Origin: Longimicrobiales bacterium
GTDB taxonomy: Bacteria > Gemmatimonadota > Gemmatimonadetes > Longimicrobiales > Gaopeijiaceae
Assembly: GCA_965116905.1 (NCBI GenBank)
Contig: OZ220732.1
Span: 3,040,001-3,104,000 of the forward strand
Reading direction: 5' to 3'
Length of the DNA stretch: 64,000 bases
Under the pieces are notes generated by a model that did not search any database, was not told the DNA's origin, and saw only the letters and a program-made list of their open reading frames with translations. The position numbers were made by a program, and so were the translations under genes. Below, piece after piece: positions 30,297 to 40,161 of the stretch; within the stretch, counting starts at the first letter, position 1, and each line of letters opens with the position of its first letter.

Positions 30297-31730
30297 TCAG
30301 TTCCGATCCAGCGAGGTATCGATCCCGGCCTCCTGGCCGACGATACCGGCGGCTTCGTAGAGCCCCAGCAGCGCGCCCGCGAACTCGAAGCGCTGATCCA
30401 GGGCGTCCCGGAGTGCCGAGGCCTCTTCGCGGATCGCCGCTCTCAGGTCCTCGATGGACTTGGTGGCCAGGCGGTACTCCTCCTGGACGATGCCAAGCCG
30501 CTCGGTAGCGATCTCCAGCCGCCTGGTGCGTTCGCGAAGACTCGCCCATGCGGCTTCGAGGTCCACGTACCGGGCGCGAATCTGCTCCTCGAGTTCGAGT
30601 TCGGCCTGGCGGAGGGTCTCACCCGCGTTCCTCAGGTCGACATCGGCCGCAGCGATCGCACGCGACGTGGTGAAGCGGCTGAAGACCGGAATGGACACGC
30701 TGAGGCTCAGACCGCCGTTGAAGTCTTCGGGATCAAAGGCGAACAACTCTGTCCCGTCGGGTCCGAACGAGCCGCGACTGATGCTCGTGTTCAGCGACAA
30801 CGTCGGCCAGCGGTCGGATCTCTGGCCACTGAGAGCGGCCCGGCGGACTTCCAGCGTGGCGTTGGCCGCACCGACGGTTGGGCTCTCCCGCAAAGCGAGA
30901 TCAACCAGGCCATCGACATCCAGGTCAGCCGGATCAAAGGACTCGGGCTGCCGTTGCTCGACGTCGAGCGCCGCGAGCGCGGGATCGCCGATGGCTTTCC
31001 GGAGGGCGAGCAAACCCTTTCGGTAGTTCGCCTGCGCCGTGTTGAGGGACAGGCGCTGAGTCTCGAGTTCCAACTCGGTCGCCAGCAAGTCGGATCGCCC
31101 GATCGATGCGAGCTCGAAGAGGCTGGTGGACAACTCCAAATCGCGCTGGCGGGCCGCCAGCAGTTCCATCTCCACTTCGAGGCGGGCCTTCTGGCGTTGG
31201 GCGACCAGGAACTGCCGCTGAACCTCCGCGAGAATCGAATTCAGTTCTCTGCTTGCCGTGAGCCGGTCGGCGTGCGCCTGCGCGCGGGCCTGTCCGAGTT
31301 GGTGAAACCGGCTCCCTCCGCTGAAGAGCTGAACCCCCAACGACGCGCTCTGATTGGTAGAGGACGAGGTGATGGTTCTCACTTCCGGGTTTTCGAGCGG
31401 GTTGCCAAAGAAATCGAGCGCCGTGCTCTCTCTCCGGAAGTTCTGGCCCGTGCGATAGGACAATGACAGATCCGGCAGAAACCTCCCCAGCGCCTCCCGC
31501 CGCTGCGGCTCGGCCAGATCCATCCGGTTGACCTCCTGCCGATACCGAGGGTTGTGCTCGGCCGCGCGGCGAAGCGCTTCCTGCAGCGTAAGGACCGTGA
31601 CCTCTTCGTCCGCCCCCATCTCCTGCGCGCCAGCCCGCTGCCCGCCAGCAAAAACGACCCCGGCGGCAACAACAATCAGCACCTGGCGAATCGTCGCGGC
31701 CCGTGTCGGGCAAACCCCTCGCCCCATCAT
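30297..31730 (-). CDS. TolC family outer-membrane efflux protein
   Basis: Signal peptide, LTLQEALRRAAEHNP, two OEP repeats (FLPDLSL; RWPTLSL...SIPVFSRF). Start ATG 31730 overlaps the MFP stop. Confidence 0.9.
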   Translation of the reverse strand: MMGRGVCPTRAATIRQVLIVVAAGVVFAGGQRAGAQEMGADEEVTVLTLQEALRRAAEHNPRYRQEVNRMDLAEPQRREALGRFLPDLSLSYRTGQNFRRESTALDFFGNPLENPEVRTITSSSTNQSASLGVQLFSGGSRFHQLGQARAQAHADRLTASRELNSILAEVQRQFLVAQRQKARLEVEMELLAARQRDLELSTSLFELASIGRSDLLATELELETQRLSLNTAQANYRKGLLALRKAIGDPALAALDVEQRQPESFDPADLDVDGLVDLALRESPTVGAANATLEVRRAALSGQRSDRWPTLSLNTSISRGSFGPDGTELFAFDPEDFNGGLSLSVSIPVFSRFTTSRAIAAADVDLRNAGETLRQAELELEEQIRARYVDLEAAWASLRERTRRLEIATERLGIVQEEYRLATKSIEDLRAAIREEASALRDALDQRFEFAGALLGLYEAAGIVGQEAGIDTSLDRN

Positions 31731-32905
31731 CGGGTCGGCCTCCCGCCCGCTTCCTCCGGGTCCGCTACAAGCTCGACCGCGGCGTCGTGTGGCAGGTAGT
31801 AGTGTCCGTCCACCAGCACGATTTCGCCGGGAGCGACCCAGTCTTCGTCCCCCTCGATGAGTTCGACGAGCCGTTCGTTTTCCAGCCCCGGCGTCACGTA
31901 TCGCCACTTGGCCCTGCCGTCCTCGAGCACGAAGAGGTGGGTGCGGCGGTCCGCGGTCTCCAGGATCGCGGTGCGCGGCACCAGAATGCGGTCCGGGAAC
32001 TGCTGGGCCTCGAGATCGGCCTCGGCGTACATTCCCGGCTTGATCCTTCCGTCCGCGTTGTCGATGTGAACGGTCACGCGCGCCGTGTTCGTCTCCGGGT
32101 CGATCACCGGATTGATCGTCTCGATCACGCCTTGAAAGGGCCGGTCCGGGAAGGCCGTGAAATCCAGCGTGGCCACCCGCCCCTCGTCGAGGTACACCAC
32201 CTCGGTGCCCAGGACCTGCACAGCCACCTTGATCGGGTCCAGGTCGACGATCGTGAGAAGCTCGTCGCCTTCGCGGACGAACTGTCCCGGCACGACCATC
32301 ACGTCGGCCACGCGGCCACCGAAGGGTGCGCGCACCGCGGCCTTCTCCAGTTCGAGAACCGCCTTGCGGTGCGCGACCTCCGCCTCGTCCAGCCCGGTCA
32401 CCGCGCGAGCGAGCTGGTCCCTCCGGGCCCTGACCTCGGGATCGTCCAGCTGGTCGTCGCCGATGACCCGGGTCTGATAGTCCACGCGGGCCTTCTGCAG
32501 CGCCGCGAACCGCGCCGCCACCTCGAGCGCGTACTCGGTGGTGTCGATCTGGACCATCAGCTGGCCCGCCCCCACGGCGCGGTTCTCCCGCACCGGCACG
32601 GAAGCCACGATTCCCGAGGCGCGGGCCGTGAGCTTCGCTTCGCGGATCGCCTCGGCGCGGCCTTTCGCGGTCACGGAGATCCACAGCGTGTCCTTCACCG
32701 CCGCCACGCCGGTGACTGGCTGGGGAAGCTCGGTGCTGAACTGCTGCTGTACCGACTCGACCACCTCGCCGGCCTCTTCGGAGAGTTCGGCCGAATCGCT
32801 TTCCTCTTCCGGCTCCGGGCGGAGGCGCCACCAGACGCCGCCGGCCAGCAGCGCCAGGATGATCAGGACCGTGAGTACGCCAAGGGTGGATCGTGATTGT
32901 GCCAT
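31727..32905 (-). CDS. RND efflux periplasmic adaptor (MFP) subunit
   Basis: N-terminal TM anchor, VRAPFGGRV, INPVIDPETNT, IKPGMYA, LVPRTAI. Confidence 0.93.
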   Translation of the reverse strand: MAQSRSTLGVLTVLIILALLAGGVWWRLRPEPEEESDSAELSEEAGEVVESVQQQFSTELPQPVTGVAAVKDTLWISVTAKGRAEAIREAKLTARASGIVASVPVRENRAVGAGQLMVQIDTTEYALEVAARFAALQKARVDYQTRVIGDDQLDDPEVRARRDQLARAVTGLDEAEVAHRKAVLELEKAAVRAPFGGRVADVMVVPGQFVREGDELLTIVDLDPIKVAVQVLGTEVVYLDEGRVATLDFTAFPDRPFQGVIETINPVIDPETNTARVTVHIDNADGRIKPGMYAEADLEAQQFPDRILVPRTAILETADRRTHLFVLEDGRAKWRYVTPGLENERLVELIEGDEDWVAPGEIVLVDGHYYLPHDAAVELVADPEEAGGRPTR

Positions 32906-33129
32906 CGCTCACATCTCTCTTTGGAAGACGTGGGGTCGGAGACGCGGGTGCCGTCCGACACCCTACCACTCTGACACCATCCTGTCGTGAGGAGGTTGCC
33001 GCGGGTCACGTTGTCCTTACACCCGGTCACGGCGACAACATCCCATCTATTACACACTGCGCGGATTCTATCGTTCCAGACGCGCGAGCCCCGCGAACCG
33101 TGCAATCCCGGGCGGCCGCGGCGGTGCCC

Positions 33130-34365
33130 TCAGTCGCCGCCGGATCCCGCCCCCGCCGACACGGCGACCGAATACCTGCGGGCCACGTAGTCGCCCAGGA
33201 TCTCCTTGAACTCCTCCACGATCCCGTCTCCCTTCAGGGTGCGGTAGTGGGCACCGTCGACGTACACCGGCGCCTTGGGCTCCTCGAAGGTGCCCGGCAG
33301 GGAGATCCCCAGGTCGGCGTGCTTGGACTCGCCCGGGCCGTTCACCACGCACCCCATCACCGCCACCTTGAGGTCCTCGACCCCCGGGTAGATCCGGCGC
33401 CACTCGGGCATCCTCTTCCGGATATGGCCCTGGATGTCCTCGGTCATCTCCTGGAAGAAGGTGCTCGTCGTGCGGCCGCAACCCGGGCACGCGGTCACCT
33501 GCGGCTCGAAGCTGCGGATCTCGAGCGACTGGAGAATCTGCTGCGCCACCCGCACTTCCTCGGTGCGGTCGCCTCCGGGCCGCGGCGTAAGCGACACGCG
33601 AATGGTGTCGCCGATCCCGTCGAGCAGGAGCGGCGAGAGCGCGGCGGCGGTGGCCACGATGCCCTTGGAGCCCATGCCCGCCTCGGTGAGCCCCAGGTGC
33701 AGCGGGTACTCCGTGCGCGGGGCCAGCTGGCGGTACACCAGGATCAGGTCGCGGACTCCCGACACCTTGGCGCTCAGCACGATGCGGTCCGCGCCCAGCC
33801 CCGTCTCCTCCGCCAGGTCGGCCGAACGCGTCGCGCTCTCGACGATGCAGTCGCGCAACACGTCGCCCGCGTCCTTCGGATTCTCGCGCCGGCCGTTCTC
33901 GTCCATCATCTGCGTCAGCAGGCGCTGGTCGAGAGACCCCCAGTTGACGCCGATGCGGATGGCCTTCCCGTTCTCCATCGCGATCCGGACGATGGACTGG
34001 AAATTCTCGTCGCGGCGGCTCGTGCCCACGTTGCCCGGGTTGATCCGGTACTTGGACAGGAGCGCGGCCGCGCGCGGGAAGTCGCGCAGCAGGATGTGGC
34101 CGTTGTAGTGGAAGTCCCCCACGATCGGCACGGTGCAGCCCAGGTCGGCCAGCCGGTCGAACAGCTCCGGGACGGCGGCCGCGGCGTGCTTGTTGTTCAC
34201 CGTCACCCGCACCAACTCGCTCCCCGCGTCCGCCAGCGCCTTGACCTGTGCGGCGGTCGAGGCCGGATCGGCGGTGTCCGTATTCGTCATCGATTGCACG
34301 ACGACCGGACCGCCGCCCCCCACCTTGACCCCGCCGATATCGACGCGCGCAGTCTTTCTGGCCAA
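33130..34365 (-). CDS. ispG: 4-hydroxy-3-methylbut-2-en-1-yl diphosphate synthase
   Basis: [44 protein letters not shown]. Confidence 0.97.
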   Translation of the reverse strand: MARKTARVDIGGVKVGGGGPVVVQSMTNTDTADPASTAAQVKALADAGSELVRVTVNNKHAAAAVPELFDRLADLGCTVPIVGDFHYNGHILLRDFPRAAALLSKYRINPGNVGTSRRDENFQSIVRIAMENGKAIRIGVNWGSLDQRLLTQMMDENGRRENPKDAGDVLRDCIVESATRSADLAEETGLGADRIVLSAKVSGVRDLILVYRQLAPRTEYPLHLGLTEAGMGSKGIVATAAALSPLLLDGIGDTIRVSLTPRPGGDRTEEVRVAQQILQSLEIRSFEPQVTACPGCGRTTSTFFQEMTEDIQGHIRKRMPEWRRIYPGVEDLKVAVMGCVVNGPGESKHADLGISLPGTFEEPKAPVYVDGAHYRTLKGDGIVEEFKEILGDYVARRYSVAVSAGAGSGGD

Positions 34366-34463
34366 GGGCTCCTCGCTTACGTTCGGATCGATGTCCCTGC
34401 CGCCTCCCGCAGCGACGCGGTTGAATGAAACCTACCGGAATCCAACGTCAGGACGAAGATCCC

Positions 34464-37319
34464 ATGAAGAATCCGCTCGCACCTCGCCACGCAGCCGCCC
34501 TGCTCCTGGCCGCCGTCTTCGCTACCGGCGCGGGAGCGCAGGAGAAGCCCACGCTCACCACCGACGACTACGGGCAGTGGGAGTCGCTCGGGACCGCGAC
34601 GCTGTCGCCCGACGGCCGCTGGATGGCGGTGGCCATCGGACGCGTCGATGACGAGGACGAACTGCGGGTCCACGCCACTGACTCCGACTCGGTCGTGGCG
34701 GTCCCCTTCGCCACCCGCCCCGCCTTCAGCCGGGACAGCCGCTGGCTGGCCTACTCGATCGGGGTTTCGCCCTCCGAGCGGGACCAGGCGGAGGCGCGGC
34801 AGGAGCCCCCGCGCAACGCGCTCGGCCTGTTGAACCTGAGCACCGGCGAGACGGAGCGCATCGACGAGGTCGAGTCCTTCTCGCTGTCCGACGACGGGCG
34901 GTACCTGGCGTTCAGCCGCTACAAGCCCGAAGGCAAGGAGAGCGCCGGGGTCGACGTGGTCGTGCGTGACCTGTCCTCGGGCGCGACCCTCAGCTTCGGC
35001 AACGTGTCGCAAACCGCGTGGAGCGACGAAGGCCACCTCCTGGCGATGACCGTGGACGCCGACGATCGCATCGGCAACGGCGTGAAGGTCTACGACCCCG
35101 CGTCCGGCCGCCTCCGGTCGCTGGACACGGATGACGCCACCTACAGGGGTCTTTCCTGGCGCGACGAAGCCATGGACCTGGCGGTCCTCAAGACGTACAC
35201 CGACGACGCCCACGAGGACACGGCCCACGTGGCGCTCGCGTGGCGCTCCCTGGACGAGGGCGAAGGCCGGGCGTTCGTGCTGGACCCGCGCGAAGGATCC
35301 ATGCTGCCCGAGGGCACCCGCCTGGTGGAGCACCGCACGCCGTCGTGGTCGGAGGACGGAGATGCGCTGTTCCTCGGCCTTCAGGACCGCCGGCCGGTCG
35401 AAGAGCCGGAGGAAGAGGAGGAGGACGCCGCGGAGGACGGCGAGAACGAGGAGGAAGAGGGGGAAGAGGGCGAAGGTGACGGCGATGGCGAGGGGGACGG
35501 CACGGAAGGCGACGCCGCGGACGCCGGAGAGGAGGAAGACCCCCCCGGCGTCGAAATCTGGCATTCCCGCGACGTGGATCCCGTGCCGCAACAACGCGTG
35601 CGGGAGCAGCAGCTCAGGCGGGTCAACCACATCGGCACATGGCGCCTGGACGACGACCGCTTCCTCCAGCTCGGCGGCGACCACGCGGACCAGGCCCAGG
35701 TCGTCGCGGGCGGACGCCACGTGGTGGGACGCGACGAGACCCCGTACGACGTGGACGCCATGTTCCGCCAGCAGTTCCACGACATTTACGCCGTCGATGC
35801 ACGGACCGCGCAGCGCCAGCTCGTCCGCGAGCGCGTAACCATCACGCTCGGCGGCAGCCCAGGCGGCCGCTACGTCCTGTGGTTCGAGGGCGAGGATTAC
35901 TGGAGCTACGACCTGGAGAGCGGACAGACGCACAACCTCACCGGGGGACTTGACGGCGTGTTCGTCAACCTCGACCTCACGCCCACCCGCGAGCAGATGC
36001 CGCCCTTCGGCGTCGCGGGCTGGACGGAGGACGACGAGGCCGTGCTGATCAACGACCGCTGGGATGTCTGGGAGGTCCAGGCCGACGGCTCGGGCGGGCG
36101 GCGCCTGACCGAGGGCGCGGAGGAGCAGGTCCGCCACCGCCTGCTGCGCCTCGACCGCGAGGCGGACGCGCACGACCCGGACGAGCCCTTCTACTATTCG
36201 ACCTACGGCGAGTGGACGAAGAAGGCGGGATTCTCGCGCGCGCGTCCCGGCGACGCCCCCGAACGCCTCGTCTGGGACGACGCGGCCTACGGCGGCTTCT
36301 TCGGCGGCCTGCTCAAGGCCAAGGACGCCGACGTCTACGCCTTCCGGGGGGAGCGCTTCGACGATTCGCCCGACTACTTCGTGGCGGGCGAGGACCTCGA
36401 CGACGCGCGCCAGATCACGCGCACCAACCCCTTCCACGACGACTACGCCTGGGGCCGCTCGGAGCTGATCGACTACGAGAACGAGTGGGGCCGTCCGCTG
36501 CAGGGGGCGCTCATATACCCGGCAGACTACGAATCCGGGACGCAGTACCCGATGATCGTGTACCACTACGAGATGCTGTCACAGAGCCTCCACAGGTACG
36601 TGGTCCCCGACGCCACGAACTACTACAACGTCCAGGCGTGGAGCCAGGATGGGTACTTCGTCCTGATGCCCGACATCGTCTACCGCGACCGCCGCCCGGG
36701 ACAGTCGAACGTGGAGACGCTACGCCCGGCCGTGGCGGCCGCGATCGAGACCGGAATGATCGATCCGGACAGGGTCGGATTGATCGGACACTCGTGGGGC
36801 GGCTACCAGACCACCTTCTTCGTGACCCAGGACGACCTCTTCGCCAGTGCCGTCGCGGGCGCGCCCCTGACCAACCTCATGAGCATGTACCTGTCGTTCT
36901 ACTGGAACAGCGGGGGCACCGACGCGCGCATCTTCGAGATCAGCCAGGGACGCATGCAGGTGCCGTGGTGGGAGGACTGGGATTCGTACCACGCCAACTC
37001 GCCCATTCATCACATCGAGAACCTGAACACGCCGCTCCTGATGATGTTCGGCACCGAGGACGGCGCGGTCGAATTCAACCAGGGCGTCGAGTTCTACAAC
37101 GCGGCCCGTCGCACGGGCAAGGACATGGTGCTTCTCGTGTACGAGGGCGAGAATCACGGGTTGCGCAACGAGGCCAACCAGAAGGACTACCGCGACCGGA
37201 TCATGCAGTGGTTCGCGCACTACCTGAAGGGCGAGCCGGCGCCGGACTGGATCACGAAGGGACTCCCGTATCTCGAACAGAAGGACGGTTTGGCCCGGAA
37301 GAAGCGGCGGATCAGCTGA
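34464..37319 (+). CDS. Secreted S9 family (prolyl oligopeptidase/acylaminoacyl peptidase-like) peptidase
   Basis: Signal peptide, propeller repeats (LSPDGRW, FSRDSRW), catalytic GHSWGG / TEDGAV / ENHGL. Confidence 0.92.
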   Translation: MKNPLAPRHAAALLLAAVFATGAGAQEKPTLTTDDYGQWESLGTATLSPDGRWMAVAIGRVDDEDELRVHATDSDSVVAVPFATRPAFSRDSRWLAYSIGVSPSERDQAEARQEPPRNALGLLNLSTGETERIDEVESFSLSDDGRYLAFSRYKPEGKESAGVDVVVRDLSSGATLSFGNVSQTAWSDEGHLLAMTVDADDRIGNGVKVYDPASGRLRSLDTDDATYRGLSWRDEAMDLAVLKTYTDDAHEDTAHVALAWRSLDEGEGRAFVLDPREGSMLPEGTRLVEHRTPSWSEDGDALFLGLQDRRPVEEPEEEEEDAAEDGENEEEEGEEGEGDGDGEGDGTEGDAADAGEEEDPPGVEIWHSRDVDPVPQQRVREQQLRRVNHIGTWRLDDDRFLQLGGDHADQAQVVAGGRHVVGRDETPYDVDAMFRQQFHDIYAVDARTAQRQLVRERVTITLGGSPGGRYVLWFEGEDYWSYDLESGQTHNLTGGLDGVFVNLDLTPTREQMPPFGVAGWTEDDEAVLINDRWDVWEVQADGSGGRRLTEGAEEQVRHRLLRLDREADAHDPDEPFYYSTYGEWTKKAGFSRARPGDAPERLVWDDAAYGGFFGGLLKAKDADVYAFRGERFDDSPDYFVAGEDLDDARQITRTNPFHDDYAWGRSELIDYENEWGRPLQGALIYPADYESGTQYPMIVYHYEMLSQSLHRYVVPDATNYYNVQAWSQDGYFVLMPDIVYRDRRPGQSNVETLRPAVAAAIETGMIDPDRVGLIGHSWGGYQTTFFVTQDDLFASAVAGAPLTNLMSMYLSFYWNSGGTDARIFEISQGRMQVPWWEDWDSYHANSPIHHIENLNTPLLMMFGTEDGAVEFNQGVEFYNAARRTGKDMVLLVYEGENHGLRNEANQKDYRDRIMQWFAHYLKGEPAPDWITKGLPYLEQKDGLARKKRRIS

Positions 37320-37363
37320 CCCGCGATGATCGTTTGATGATGCGGCCCTGATACCCTGCACAA

Positions 37364-38593
37364 ATGGACGACCGCAAACAAAGCTACGAGCAGCAGGTCA
37401 GGCCGGAGGCGACCGTCGACGACCTCGACATCGATCTGGCGGCATCGTTCCTGGCCGGAACGCCGGACGGCCAGGCCGGATCCGCTGTGGAGGTGCTCGA
37501 ACGGTATGGCCTGATTGCGCGGTCCGGCGAGGGCGGGCTGGTCACGAACGCTGCACTCCTGCTCTTCGGGCGGGAGCCGGCCGACCGCTGGCACCCGGAC
37601 GCGGGCATCCACGTTTTTCGCGTCACGGGCACCCGGCGCCTGCCCGGACGGACGGGCAACGTGAACAGGGTCGGTCGGGCCGACCCGCCCCTGGCGCGTG
37701 CGGTCGACGAGATCCGTCGAGTTACACGGACGCAAATCCGCCGTTCCGATGCCCTGCGCGACATCTTCTACCGGGATCTCCCGGAGTACCCGGACGAGGC
37801 CTGGCAGGAAGCGCTGATCAACGCGATCGCCCACAGGGACTACAGCGTGCAGAACCGGCGCGTGGAGGTCTGGTTCTTCGACGACCGCATGGAGGTGTCG
37901 AGCCCGGGCGAGGTGCCGGAGCCCGTTACGGTGGAGGCGCTGGGGGAAGGCAATGCCGAGGCCGCCGCCCGCAACCCCCTGATGGCGCGCGTGCTCGCCG
38001 ACGCCGGACACATGCGGGCAGCGGGGAGCGGGATCGGCCGCATGCGCGCGAGCATGGCGGCCAGCTTCCTACGGAGGCCCAGGTTCGAGGAGAAGGGGGT
38101 GGTCTTTTCCGTCAAGCTCTTCAAGGAGCCGACATTCGAGACGGCGGGCCCCGGGTGGAGCTACCTGGTACGGCAGCTCCCCATCTCCGGAGATCAGAAG
38201 CGAATCCTCATCGCCCGTCCCGATGGATTCAGCCACGTCGACTACCAGCACCTGAACTCGGTACACGAGGACGAGGCGAAGAAGCGCGTCCAGGAACTGG
38301 TGGAGCAGGACATCGTGTGTCGCGACTTCGACACGGGCGAAGACGTCACCAGGTGCTATCTGACCGCCGAACTCGACGAGGCCCGCTGGTTCCTCGAGGA
38401 TCGGGTACCCAAACTGCGGGCCCACTTTCGCAAGGACCCGTGGCTGCGGAGCGGCGACTACCGAACGCTGTTCGAGATCGGCGTGCGCGACGCCGGACCG
38501 GAAATCGCGCAGTTGGTGGAACTGGGCTTTCTGCGTCCGGAAGGTCGCGGGCGGGGCGCCCGCTACATGCCCACCGCCGCCCTCAGGGGGTAG
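37364..38593 (+). CDS. HATPase_c_4 (RecG C-terminal-like) ATP-binding protein with C-terminal wHTH; lacks the N-terminal AlbA_2 domain
   Basis: TNAALLLFG, YPDEAWQEALINAIAHRDYS, DRMEVSSPG, RNPLMA, GSGIGRM, C-terminal LVELGFL..EGRGRGARY. Confidence 0.8.
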   Translation: MDDRKQSYEQQVRPEATVDDLDIDLAASFLAGTPDGQAGSAVEVLERYGLIARSGEGGLVTNAALLLFGREPADRWHPDAGIHVFRVTGTRRLPGRTGNVNRVGRADPPLARAVDEIRRVTRTQIRRSDALRDIFYRDLPEYPDEAWQEALINAIAHRDYSVQNRRVEVWFFDDRMEVSSPGEVPEPVTVEALGEGNAEAAARNPLMARVLADAGHMRAAGSGIGRMRASMAASFLRRPRFEEKGVVFSVKLFKEPTFETAGPGWSYLVRQLPISGDQKRILIARPDGFSHVDYQHLNSVHEDEAKKRVQELVEQDIVCRDFDTGEDVTRCYLTAELDEARWFLEDRVPKLRAHFRKDPWLRSGDYRTLFEIGVRDAGPEIAQLVELGFLRPEGRGRGARYMPTAALRG

Positions 38594-38633
38594 CGGCCAC
38601 GGGCCTTCGCGGCCCCCGGCCTCGCTCCGGCGC

Positions 38634-39896
38634 CTACGAACCCGGATCGCCGTGCGCCGGATCCCCGTGCGCCGGATTCCCGTGGGCGGGGCGATCATTG
38701 GCCGGTGGGTGCTCGCTCCCCCGCACCACCCGGGCTTCCCCGGCCGGGTTCCTGTCCAGGCAAAGCACCTGCTGCGGCTGAACCCGGTCGACAAGCGCGC
38801 GCGAATGCGTCGACGCCAGCACCTGCGCGCCGGGAACCGTGGACAGCGCGCGATGAACTGCGCCCAGAGCGGATGGGTGCAGGCTCCGCTCGGGTTCGAC
38901 GACCCAGCACAGGCCCTCCATCGGCGGCAGCGCGGGGAGCAGCGTCAGCGCCAGGAGCCTGAGCGTCCCCTCGGACTCGAGCCAGGCCGGGGATTCGCGT
39001 CCGTCGTCGTAGACCAGCACCAGGTACTCCGCGCGATCCGTTTCGCGCTCCGAAACCCGAATGTCCGCCAGCCCCGGGATCGCGGTTCGGACCTCGGTCA
39101 GCCATTCCTCGAAGCCCTTCCGCCGGTCGCGGCGCATCCGCCGCACCAGCGCCGGTAGATTGGAGCCGTCGGCGGCGGGCACGTCGTCGAGAGCATCCGC
39201 GGGGCTGTGGCCGCCGAGCGCGCGTCCGTCCAGGGTCAACCGCCGGACCCTTCGCTCCAGAAAGTCCTTGAATTCGGTCGTTGCCGGCATGGTGTCCACG
39301 GACTCCGGCAGGCTGCCCAGGGTGGAACGGCGCGGGCCGAAGTTGATGCCGATCTTGGTCCACCCCTTGCCGCCGGTGGTCTCCGCATAGAACCAGTCGT
39401 TGCCGCTCGCCTTGCTGAGCACGGTGCTGGCCCCGGGCCGGGCGCTCGAAAGGATTGTGGACGGTGGTTCCAGGGGATAGGGGAACAGCGTCTCCTGGGC
39501 GGGAGCCGGGCCCGGCGGGGGCATGAGCACACCCCGTTCCGCCTCGATGCGCACCCCGTCGGCGTCACGCCCCATGGCGATCTCATACCGGTAGGTCCCG
39601 AAGTCCCTGTCCGCCGGCAAACGGGAGACACAGCGTTCGGGAATCACGAACTCGACAGCGATCTCGAATCGCCCGCCGCGTTCGGGCCGGCCCCGGACGA
39701 GATCGCGAAAGTCCCCGGCCCGCGCGTCGACGGCTGCCTCCGGACCCAAGCGCACCAGGTCTCCGAGAAACAGCACGGTATCGATGAGCGTGCGCTTTCC
39801 GCCGCCATTGGGGCCGATCAACAGGTGAAACCGGTCCAGATCGATGTCCAGATGCCGGAAACACCGGTAGTTGAGGGCCTGAATGCGGCGGATCAT
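38634..39896 (-). CDS. AAA_21/AbiEii-type ABC-fold ATPase, motifs partly degenerate
   Basis: MIRRIQALNYRCF, Walker A GPNGGGKR, signature ESEGT, Walker B/D-loop VVEPERSLHP, H-loop STHS. Start ATG 39896. Confidence 0.8.
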   Translation of the reverse strand: MIRRIQALNYRCFRHLDIDLDRFHLLIGPNGGGKRTLIDTVLFLGDLVRLGPEAAVDARAGDFRDLVRGRPERGGRFEIAVEFVIPERCVSRLPADRDFGTYRYEIAMGRDADGVRIEAERGVLMPPPGPAPAQETLFPYPLEPPSTILSSARPGASTVLSKASGNDWFYAETTGGKGWTKIGINFGPRRSTLGSLPESVDTMPATTEFKDFLERRVRRLTLDGRALGGHSPADALDDVPAADGSNLPALVRRMRRDRRKGFEEWLTEVRTAIPGLADIRVSERETDRAEYLVLVYDDGRESPAWLESEGTLRLLALTLLPALPPMEGLCWVVEPERSLHPSALGAVHRALSTVPGAQVLASTHSRALVDRVQPQQVLCLDRNPAGEARVVRGSEHPPANDRPAHGNPAHGDPAHGDPGS

Positions 39897-39927
39897 CCGA
39901 ATGCGGACTCCCTTGCTGTCGCCATAG

Positions 39928-39943
39928 CGGAGGGGGTGGGATT
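39928..39943 (-). repeat. Duplicate of the tRNA-Ser 3' end (att-like direct repeat)
   Basis: CGGAGGGGGTGGGATT at 39928-39943 is identical to 39978-39993. Confidence 0.85.
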
Positions 39944-39977
39944 GGCCTCCGGGCGGCTCCGTATCGCTGTCGCTCAA

Positions 39978-40061
<84 letters not shown>

Positions 40062-40161
40062 GGGCCCGCGAAAGATGGGCGCGCACCGGGCGGCATTCAA
40101 GCGTGGGGCCGGCCCGGCGCCTCGCCGCTCTCGGTGCTCGGGCGGCTTTATCCACAGACTG

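Noticed and set aside
37364..39977. Intact genomic island or prophage at tRNA-Ser
   Set aside because: No integrase and no distal att copy bracketing the two genes; the duplicate lies only 50 bp from the tRNA
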